A stretch of 64,000 nt of DNA from positions 64,356,001 to 64,420,000 of the forward strand of contig NC_135761.1 in the NCBI RefSeq assembly GCF_052425735.1, given 5' to 3'. Positions 53,784 through 64,000 of the stretch are shown piece by piece. The stretch's first letter is position 1. Each line of letters starts with the position of its first letter. The stretch is from Oculina patagonica. Its lineage: Eukaryota. Both the position numbers and the translations under genes were made by a program. The notes beneath the pieces are model-generated. The model searched no databases. It saw only the letters and a program-made list of their open reading frames with translations, and was not told where the DNA came from.

Positions 53784-56700
53784 ATGCTTATTGGAAAGTC
53801 TTTTGTTTGCTATAGTAAAATAGACAGAGATCCTGTCTCCGTATTACTGGAAATCAAAGGAAGACCTGATACCCTGCTTTTCGAGAGTGGAGCGATCGCT
53901 GAGTTGTGTAAGTATAAAAATAAGTTACGTGATGAAAGCTTATTTATACCGTGTTTTCTTTTACCATGCGATTTAATTTTATCAGTATTTTGTTTCCAAC
54001 AGGATCTGCTTAAAATATTTCCTTTTTAAAGCAGGATTGCTTTGGGAATCCTTGCGCCCGTTCTCATAATTAATTTTTAAAACTTTATTGTTTCGAATGA
54101 CAATATTTACATAGCTCCCATAACTAACAACTGTTCAGCCACATATAACCAACAAGGGATCTTAAAGAACTTTGGCTAAAATTGTTAATGATATAGCACT
54201 GAACGAGTAGCAAGGTAATATCATTTAAGCTTATTGCTCTTTGAGAGGAAACGAAAGTCAATTAGTTTAGGTACGCGTTGATGCGTAAAAATATAGATTG
54301 ATCTTTTTATGAGATTTATCTAAGAGACAACTTTTCTGCAGACATAACAGGTTTATCATCCTTTGTTTCTTGTGATATTCCGATACATTATTTTATTAAC
54401 TTCGCTAATTCTCTGCAAAACAAAGACAAATTATGCATATTTTTTAGAACTTGCACCACAACTCAGCCAGGGCTCAAAATAACGGCCGGTCAACGGACAA
54501 TGTCCGGTCAAGATGACAATTTGTCCGGACAAAGTTTCAGTTTGCCGGTCATTTTGACCGGTCACGTACATGGCTTTTAAAATGATAACTGATGACCAGA
54601 ACTATTCATAAAAATTGCAGCTAAAACAGTGAAGAAATAGCCGAGGTTTTTATGCCACAAACAAAGACTATCTAACGAACAGCAGAAAGACCAGTTTAAA
54701 ACTGCTATTTTCAATATTTTGACCGGTTAGAAACGACACGTGACCGAGCTAAAATCTGTTTGGCCGGACAACATGACCGGCAACTGTCCGAAAATTATGA
54801 GTTTGAGCCCTGAGTCAGCACAACCTCATATATTTTTCATGAAATGAACACAACTGCTATCTCACGCTTAAAATGGACAATGATGGAGCGAATAGGTCTT
54901 TTTTGCAAATAGAATCAACTAGGACTCTGTTGAATGCTTAACCTACAGTACAAACTATTTTCAATAACTGCAGACTCTAAGAAGCTGGTACACAAACTAA
55001 AAAAAATGCCTCTCAACAGATATCAACAACTACTGGCACGTTATGAAAGACTTATTTGTGACATAAACAAAACTAGCATCATTGCTAGACTGACCAATCA
55101 GCTTTAACAGACCAGATCGACTACAGACAGCATCTTTTCACTTGACTCTGAAGATGACTTTAGTTCAGGTTGTACCCATGTAAAAAAAAATAACCGGGGA
55201 TCCTGCCACAGACTGGGATCCCATCAAGATCCCACCAAGATTCCACCAAGATGGCAATATCCTGCTGGGATTCCGACCAGGAAAAAATTCCTGGCACGTT
55301 GGGATCCCGCCAAGAATCTTGCCAGGATCCCCGGTCCCGGCAAGATAGCAAACTTTCCGTTGGTAGCCTGCCTGGGTAGAATTTCCCGCCATGGATCACA
55401 GCAAGATATTTGCCGGGAATTATATTCTCGCCAAGATCCTGCCAAGTCCAAAAAATTCCAGGCAAATTTTTCACAGCGTGAATAAATCTCGGTAGTGTTC
55501 CCGGCGAGAACTCACTTCTCACGCAGTTCAAGTCTTACTGGGAGAAAGTCGATGCTTTGAGATTCTTACAAATTATGCTGTGGTGGGAACGCAAGTTATA
55601 GAGTGTATTGATGAAATAAACTAAAAGTACTAATGATTGAAGTAGTTAAACCAGTTTGATTTAAAATGTCGAAAAAAAAAATATTAGTGACGGTGAGCCT
55701 TGACGAACTGGCGGGACAAAGAGGCGCGTGACAATAAGTGAAGATTAATTAAAAGATGAGAATTTTTATTGATTTTGGTCTGTTTTGAAGCTTTTTAAAC
55801 TTTCTTTCTTTCTTTTCTTTCCTCTGAGGAACCTTAATACCTTTGAGCAATCCAACGACTAAAGTCAATGACAAATTTCTGTCGGCCATTTTCTTCCAAT
55901 TGCAAATACAATCGGGAATTCGCTGTAATTTCACTTTTTGTATTGAAAAAATCCTCTAGATGGAGATGGCATTTTAATTGTGTTTGAATCAGTGTGTTTA
56001 TAGTTTATATAGTTATAGTTTGATTAATTTATGAAATTTTGATTGGTTCACAGCACAATGGGAAACAGAAAGTATCAAGAAAGGATATTCTAAAGTTGCA
56101 GATGCTTATGGTTGCCTTGGAGTTCTCAAAATCAATCTTGGTAAAGTAATTTCAAAATTTAAAAAGAATTGTATTCACGAGTACAGTGTAACTGTGTATG
56201 TTTTGGTTCAATTTTATCCTTGCTTCAAATTATATTTCCTTTGTTTTAAACTTAATCATACAATACGGATTTACCATTTCCAAAAACAAAAGAAAATAAA
56301 ATTTGAACAAAGGATTAAATTCAACCACAACATGTATATTTAACTGTTATAATTTTGAGCATAGCACTAAGTTTTCATTACATATATCAGTGCAGTGTAA
56401 TAAAATTATTATTGTTAAAAACTCAACGAAACTGGGGGTTAGGTTTATAGCTGAGTATTTTCGCCGAAAAAAAGATGAAACCCTAGGGTAAAAAGGGTAA
56501 TTAATTATAAATAGCAATAACCCTTGATTCTTATCAAATAATGTTTCCAAAAGGTCTTGACAATTAAAATAATAACATACCACTCTGGCAATAGCAGTTT
56601 CCACTACTAATGCCAAAATGAATTACGAAGTTGATCAATAAAATTACTCCAACTGCGAGCTCACATCTCATACCTCGGCTCAGTAAGACAAAGGCATTGA

Positions 56701-59700
56701 AAGAAATTTCTGAAAATAAACATCTGAAAGGCATAAAATGTCTTAAATAGCCTCTCAGTGTCTGCTATAATGAAACAATCAAACTGTCCCATGGGGACTG
56801 AATCAAGTGCTCATAAATCTGTGATGGTGACAATTTGTAATTTGGAGGGAGTTATTTTCATTAAAGTGTTTGTTACTTTTGCTGGTCCTAAAGTTCTATC
56901 ACAGTCTTAATTAAGCAGAGTGTTTTTAATAACAAGGAACCTGTAAGGCAAGGGTTGGCTGTACACAGTGAACACTCTTACTAATGCTAATTTTGACACA
57001 TTTTCTTACAGTAAGTCAGTTGCTTAGTTTAACAATTTAACTGAAACATCCACATTAGCCATTTGATCTTTAATTTAAAGTATGCCGGGCATTTATTTCA
57101 GTTGGCCATAATTTAATGATCTGCGATAATATTTTAAAAAGCATCATTGTAAAGACAATTAACTTTTAAAGTGCTACTATGATTAAATTCGCATCTTTCC
57201 TTTCGTAGCCATTTAAAAATATTAAAATTAACAACTGAAGTTCTTTTTACGAGAAAAAAAAATCCGGAAAACTGTTTTCCAATATCTCTTTTCTTTCCAG
57301 AGATATTCAAGTTTTTAAAATATGCAAGATGGCAAAGCAATGATGTCATAGACTCAACCAAATTTTGATCAAATAATTTATGAAGAAAGTGATATCTCAG
57401 CCAATTTGCATCGGAAGTCTCTATTTTTTACAGTAAAACTCTGCTAGTTGTGTTTTACTATGTGAACTCAACAATTTGGTTACCATGGCAACACACTAGG
57501 TTTCAGGTCCCCCGGATGCTATTAAAGGCTTTTTTGGCCAATTCTGGCAGACGTCTTGCCCGGATTTCATTTTTCCGAACTGAAAAATTCTAGAACGGCA
57601 AAAGTAACAAACTGTTTGATGAAAATAACTCCCTCCATATTACAAATTGTCACCATCACAGATTTATGAGCACTTGATTCAGTCCCCATGGGACAGTTTG
57701 AAAATTCTAGAACATTAAAAATTAATTGGTGGGGACTGGAAAAGAGTGAGTTACCATGGTAACATAATTTAATTATAACTGCACGTGTGTCACCTGTAGA
57801 ACTATTATTCTGCCAAGTTTCATTGGTCTCTGCACAAAAATGACCGAGATAACTCAATTTTTGTACCTGACATAAAATTGGGTTGAGTAGATGATGTCAT
57901 CAGTCCCCTAATTTGCATATTTTTCAATTTTTTTTTATCTTTAATATCTCCGGAACTAAAAAAAAATATATTTGAAAACGGAAAACGGCATTTTGATCAT
58001 ACAGTGTAATTAAAAAATTAATTTCAATGATTTTCTTGTTTTTGCAGGTGAAACAGAGATTAGTTTCTTTCTTGTTCTTGTCACTGGTTGCTCGTCAGTT
58101 GGAAAAATCAATGACAGTGAAATATTTCGTATCAATGCTACTCAGTTAGTCCCTTTACAAGATGGCCAGGATGAAGAAATTATTGCTGAAGTTCGCAAAC
58201 TATTAAACTCTGGAACATTTTATTTTTCTGTTTGTCCTGGAGATCAACAGCCATTAGACTTGACCCTGTGTTCACAGCGTAGATATGAGGGCTGTGAACC
58301 TGATAACAGGTTTTTCTGGTAAGCAAATAATTTATATATATATTTCCAAATAAATTCAAAAGTTTTAAAGCGAGGGTATTACCAGCCTGCAGGAGGAGCA
58401 CTCGGCAGGAAAGGAGAAGGTTCAGTCATGTGATTTAATTAGCAAGTTAAGAGCCTTCAAATAACCCACTATTTTCTGTTTTTAAAAGTAACTTTTTTAG
58501 ACCTAAGTTGGTAAATTTTGCAATGATTACCAACTGAACTTAAAGGCAAATAGCACTGGTAACTCGGAATATGGAAAGTTAAAATTTGTTGACTTTTTGG
58601 TAAAAGTGCTAATAGTCACAGTTTTAAAATAATCATTGTTACTAACAATGGTAACCCTAAACCCAGGACCTCTACATCTTTTGGGTGCTGTTACTGATTG
58701 GTACATTTTGATCCTCACTGTTCCGTTGGGTTGTTACTTAAGCAGTTCCCTGTCTCCTTGTCTCAAGACATCCAACTTACTCATACCCAGACTCTGCTGT
58801 TTCTGAGCATGCCCACAACACCAGTCACCACCCACTTTGAAAAAGTTTATTGGCCATGAATGGTACCTCAGTGGTACACATGTAGGGTCAAAGAGGCAAT
58901 TCATGTAAGAATTTGATCACCCTAACAACATCAACAGGGGAATGGAATTGAAACCGCAGAAGTGTGGATGCCCACATCATCAAGAAACACAACAACTGGA
59001 GAACTGTGAGACAGCAAACCACTGAGGGAACAACCCTCCAGAACAGCAAGGATCAAAATGCACCAATCACAGCTGTTGAAAAACAACCAATTACAGCAGA
59101 GCATTGTGCTTTATAAGGTTACGCATAACCAGTTGACCTAATCGCCTGATGAAGACTAGCAGTATTCAGTCAAAACAGTGCAATCCACATCACAAGGGAC
59201 TATTATTGTTTCTAAGGAATCTTTCTCAATTGTCACTAGTAATGAAATAGGTGTATTTTTTTTAAAACAGCATTTTTTCATATGTTGCAGTGAAAACTTC
59301 CTTGTAAGTTTAAGTCATTGTATTACTAACAGTACTTTAACTGTTAATGAACAGGAATCGCAGCTTGCATATTCATCTGCAGAGGTTTGGTATTGACTGT
59401 TCACAATGGCTGCTGAGAATGATGTGTGGAGCAGTGGAAATTAGAACTGTATATGCTGGAAAAACTCAAGCCAAAGCCTGTCTTGTTTCAAGATTGAGTT
59501 CTGAGAGGGCAGGAACAAGGTTTTATGTCCGAGGCACGAATGATGATGGGCATGTTGCAAATTTTGTGGAAACAGAACAGGTGCAATATATTTACTGTTA
59601 ACTTGTCACTGTTAAACTCGCTTTTATTGATATTTATTTAAGTTTCAGTTCCTGATTTTTTCCTGTATAAAATAAATGCCAAGATTTCTCTCTTTGTAAA

Positions 59701-62700
59701 GCACACTGGAAACAGAGTGGAGTCAAGGGTTGGACAATCCTAACTGGTCATCTTCAGAGGATTTTAACACTACTTGACAATTTTCAGTAATGTTGTCAAT
59801 CAGGTGGCTTAGAAAGCTTGAAAGACAGGAAGGTTTTAGTTAATTAACACAGACTGTGTATTCAAACTCATGTTAATCTTAAAGTTTTCTTTACTGTTTT
59901 CAGTTCATTGTGCTTGATGATATGACAACATCCTACGTCCAAACTCGTGGATCAGTGCCAGTATTTTGGGAGCAGCCAGGAGTACAGGTACATTAAAATG
60001 TCCATGAAAGCCTGGCTAATAAGTTTTTGTATAATCTGGGCTATAAGCAAGGCTTCCTTACTGATTCCACAATGGTGCGATCCATTTTAATTAAATGCCA
60101 AGCTCAATAATATTAACAATGGTTCTTTTAAAATTTTTTAGTTAAGTGTGTTACTGGCACTTTTTTTTAAAGATTTATCTTTGTTGAGAATCTTATTGAC
60201 TTAAAATGACTGAACATGCTGTAAAGGGAGCATTTTTAGCGGAGCTCCCAGCGGCCCAAAGGGCCGCAGAGCAGAGCCCCATACCCATAGAAAATTAACA
60301 GACCCATGCTTTTGGTTTTTCATGGTCATCATGGCTAGCGGCATGGCTCGCGGGCGTGTGCGACAACCACGATGACAACGAAGTTGCCCCTTGACATGGC
60401 GGCCATACTCCAGAAATCGTTTTAAGATTATGGTTAACGCCAGCTTACGTCTTTGATATTGAACATCCATGTCATGGTAAATTGACAGCTGTCAAAACAA
60501 GGTATCCGCTGACCAGTATCACATGACCATATCGCGGGCTCACTTATAGAACTCATATAGAGGTCGAATGTTTTTGAAGTCTACCGCTGACCAAATAATG
60601 GTTTACATTTGATCGCGGGCTCAAGTGCTATTATTGGTCAGTAAATTGGGAGCTCCACTTTTAGGCTTGGCTAAATCTATTTAATATAAATTACATGTAT
60701 GTGTGATTATATTTAACAGGTTGGATCTCACAAGGTTAAACTCTCCAGAGGGTTTGAAGCATCATCGCCAGCATTTGACAGGTACAGAATGTCATCACTC
60801 AAGAGCTGTTACCTCAAATGGATGTGTTCTTTACAGGCATCTTCATATGCTGAGCGTAGCTAGTCACTTGAATCGTGGCATTCTTAAGTTTCAATTTTAT
60901 GTAATTTCTTTGTCTCATATGGTAAGAAAGAGTGCAACTTTTGCAAAGTTACAAGCATTTCTTTTCATTGGATAATAAGATAATTATTCATGTACGTTAA
61001 TTAACCATTACTAGTGAGGATTGTGAAGAATTAGTTCTAATAAACATAAGTTGTAAACAGATGACATCCCTATGTTATGCTGTTGACTGAAAATGTTGTT
61101 ATGGGACGGTGTTTGGAGCTGATATGTGAGTTAAAAAACTTATCAGAAAGCTCCAAATGCAATACCAGTCGATTGGTATCTACTTCTTGCTTTGAGATAA
61201 CAGGTTGTTGTTCCTTTGCTTTTTATGTTTTCAGACATTTGACCAGCCTTAGAAATCTATACGGCCAACAGTTACTTATTAACTTACTTGGCACAAAGGA
61301 AGGCGAGAACACTCTTAGTATTGCATTTCAGGTAAGATCTAATTAATATGTTACCTTATTGATACGTGCTGGCTCAATTAATGGTTTATGACGTAACTGT
61401 AAAATCGGCATTGTGCAAAGTAAGTGGTGGTTGTGGGTATAAATGTGAACCTTAACTTTGGTCATATTTATCAGTTACAATTTTTTGCCCTATTTCACAC
61501 AACCATGGTAAGTTAAGAATTTTTTTATGTTCTTAGGATCAGTTGAAAGACTCAATTCATGGCAGTGAGACCCGCATGATTTGCTTTGATTATCACCAAA
61601 ACTGCCGAGGAGGGAAGTTAGACAAGCTATCAGTGCTGAAGGAAAAGGCTAGGCCGTCTCTCAGGAAATTTGAATTTTTCTTTGCCAGAGGTGATCAGAT
61701 TATCAAGTAAGTTGTCATCATTCTTCTGTGAAAAATTTATACAGTTATTTACCCGGGGGGGGGGGGACAAGAAACGGACGGGGAGCGGGAGAGAACCCCA
61801 AAAGAGACCAATCTGGGGGCCGCCCGACCCCAAAAGAACCAAAACAAGAATGGAGAATGACCGTGGACCCAGAGACATATGGCAAAATATTGGCGTTGGG
61901 CCCCGGAACACCCAAGCGAGACCAAAAGGAACACCCAGGAGACGACGAGCATCCCCGTCATCATATGCGAGTCCCCCCCGGGTTAATTTACTATTATCGA
62001 TGCAATGAAATTCTATTGTAAGAAATGTACTGTATGAAGTTCATTGTAAGTAGTGTGTTGTGGAAAAGTGAATGATCTAATGCGAAAGCCACCTTTTAAC
62101 ATGTGCCTGTTGATGATCAATATTTACAGGAAGCAAAAAGGAGCAGTTCGTACAAATTGCATTGATTGTATAGATCGTACCAACAGCGTGCAAAGTTACT
62201 TAGGACTTGAGGTATGTTGACTTGCACTCTAGCCAGACAAATTTACGTCATAAGAGTAGTGAAACCGATTCTCTGAAAATGGAAATTACCAGATACGTTC
62301 GACTGATGTTTTTTCAAAACGGAGAGTTATTCATCAGCATGTGTAACAGCTGGGTGACAGCATAGTTAGTTGAGGGGACTACTTACGTTGTGGTGACAGC
62401 AGCAAGCAATCAATCCTTACAACAACAACAACAACAACAATCTTTACTGTACTCTCTTCTAGTTGGTGTTGTATGTTTCCCTCACTTACAGGCTGCAGCT
62501 TATTTCATGTTAATTTGAGCTAATTACCTGCATGGAAGTGTTAACGTTAATATGTATCTCTACAGATGTTGTCACAGCAAGTGGAGTGTCTTGGTTTATC
62601 TGGCAAACAAGGATTACTTTCTAGATTTCAGGAAGCTTTTCGGACCATGTGGACACAAAATGGCGACCACATAAGCCGTATGTACCTTGGTACAGGGGCC

Positions 62701-63947
62701 TTAGATGGAAAAGCCAAGGTACAGTTTCAGCCTATTTTTTTTTCAACAATTGATATTTGTCTTAGAGAAAAGCACATCTGTTTCTGTTGAGAAAATAAAT
62801 GAGTTTGGCTGACAAGCAGACGTCTGGAGTGTTATATCTGATTGAACAATAAGATTTGAAAATTTCTCTGCTGATTGTAGAAGTAATAAACATTTGTTGT
62901 ACAGCTGGAGTACAGCTCGGTATTATTTTTTTAAGGTCAAGGGACAGTGGTGCATGCTAACAAAATTGTTACTTTACTGTTCAAAGTCATTAAAATGTCA
63001 TTAATGTCATGATTAGGCAATTTCACTTTCGCGTGACTCGGATCTCTCCAGATTGTTGGTTTGGGCAAAGTGATATGTTTTTTTCAATTTAAATTAAATT
63101 TTGTGGCATTTCTGGTAAACCATACGCAGAATGTAAGTTAGCTGCAATGGAATACAATGTATTGACTAATTGTACTGAAAAGTAATGTATTTGTCGGAAG
63201 GTAAGAGGGAGAGTAGGGAGGTACCCCTCGAACATCTCGGTGTGTATGGCGCGCTTCCTGAAACCCTTTACCTACCCTTTTTTAGAACTGACCTCAAAGT
63301 TGATAACCTATTTCACCCTACCGGACTCTACCTAGGGGTTGTTTCAGTTTGCATAAGAATTTGAGAAGGGCTTCAATTTTTCGATGTTATTAAGCTGCTC
63401 TTCCAAAGAGGTTTTACAACGAAAGAAAACGTTTTTTTTTTTCAAAAATGAGACGTCTTTGCTGACCAGAGTGTACAAACCATACCCTATTTTAGACTTG
63501 AATGGTCAAAATCTTTACCAAAATACCAAATAATATACCAAAATGTATAACTCGAAAACTCATTAGCGCTATACATAGGTATATATCAAAAAGGGGGGGG
63601 GGGGGGGGGAGTACCACACGCTTTTATCCTCAGTGCCAGAACTAGTTAGCCTTAACAATGAAATTAGATTAGATTTCAACTTTCATTATTCTGACTTTGG
63701 GTAGCGGCTATCGCAAATGTTATGTAACTTACATTGTTAGCAAATGATTTTCCACTCTCCTGTTATTGATTTTCTCAGGTGATGAACAAGCTTCGTGATG
63801 GCGCACGCTCAGTACACAGAACCATCGTCAATAATTTTCTGGATGGAAGTAAACAAGAAGCCATTGATATGCTGTTGCTAGGCAACACATTTGTTGGTGA
63901 GCTTGGCGAAAGAGCACGTGCGTTGCTGTATGCTTCGTTTCTACACT
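53784..63947 (+). CDS. SYNJ1: Synaptojanin (SAC1 phosphatase region), 11 exons: 53784-53907, 56054-56140, 58048-58318, 59355-59580, 59904-59987, 60720-60781, 61235-61331, 61537-61706, 62130-62211, 62566-62718, 63779-63947; continues beyond the window
   Basis: [56 protein letters not shown], catalytic [29 protein letters not shown]; GT-AG introns with consistent phases. Confidence 0.93.
54468..54812. mobile_element. CAGGG...CCCTG MITE (hAT-like) in synaptojanin intron 1
   Basis: CAGGGCTCAAA / TTTGAGCCCTG termini; imperfect flanking duplication ACTCAGC/AGTCAGC. Confidence 0.6.
58790..59200 (+). mobile_element. Degenerate Penelope-like element 3' end (GIY-YIG tail plus hammerhead-like motif)
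   Basis: Degenerate WYT.RVKEAIH...[14 protein letters not shown]; CTGATGA-gact...agtc-AAAAC at 59146-59176. Confidence 0.6.
61753..61982. mobile_element. CCCGGGG...CCCCGGG MITE in a synaptojanin intron
   Basis: Inverted G/C-rich termini. Confidence 0.5.
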
Positions 63948-64000
63948 GTAAGTCGTGCTGTAACTCTGTATCAAGTGATAAAACAGTTCCTTGTAGATTA

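Noticed and set aside
56784-57700. ~100-bp inverted duplication in synaptojanin intron 2 as a regulatory RNA structure
   Set aside because: One copy sits inside a degenerate MITE-like repeat; more simply a local capture or repair event with no evidence of function.

Overview
Eukaryotic, intron-containing, repeat-rich genomic DNA; the repeat and GPCR style suggests an anthozoan or stony coral (inference). Host genes: two single-coding-exon class A GPCRs (7986-8963 minus; 50897-51874 plus), a two-exon ACOT/BAAT-family gene with a Cys nucleophile (17657-21960 minus), and the first 11 coding exons of synaptojanin (53784 to the window end). The centrepiece is an apparently complete, young 20.4-kb Polinton/Maverick (adintovirus-type endogenous virus) at 22509-42912. 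It has AGTAGT...ACTACT termini, a GACCAA target-site duplication (TSD) and ~1-kb terminal inverted repeats (TIRs), and it interrupts a CRE-type retrotransposon remnant that itself sits in an (ATT)n microsatellite. It encodes pPolB, integrase, penton, major capsid protein, adenain protease, packaging ATPase, PLA2 and many small ORFs. Less expected features read from the sequence: (1) a tRNA-Gln(CTG)-like Pol III gene in both TIRs; (2) a dense NF-kB plus STAT(GAS) motif cluster upstream of a TATA promoter that appears to drive a spliced three-exon polymerase gene; (3) an arenavirus-NP/Maelstrom-like Zn-DEDD exonuclease next to a GRF zinc-finger gene; (4) seven Arg-rich precursors sharing a protease-site motif, most followed by amphipathic peptides; (5) a doubled right terminus from a sister subfamily. 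Together these suggest an immune-signal-inducible provirus with its own counter-defence kit (hypothesis). A MULE-like palindromic element carrying two 5S-rRNA-derived genes lies at 44342-47724.
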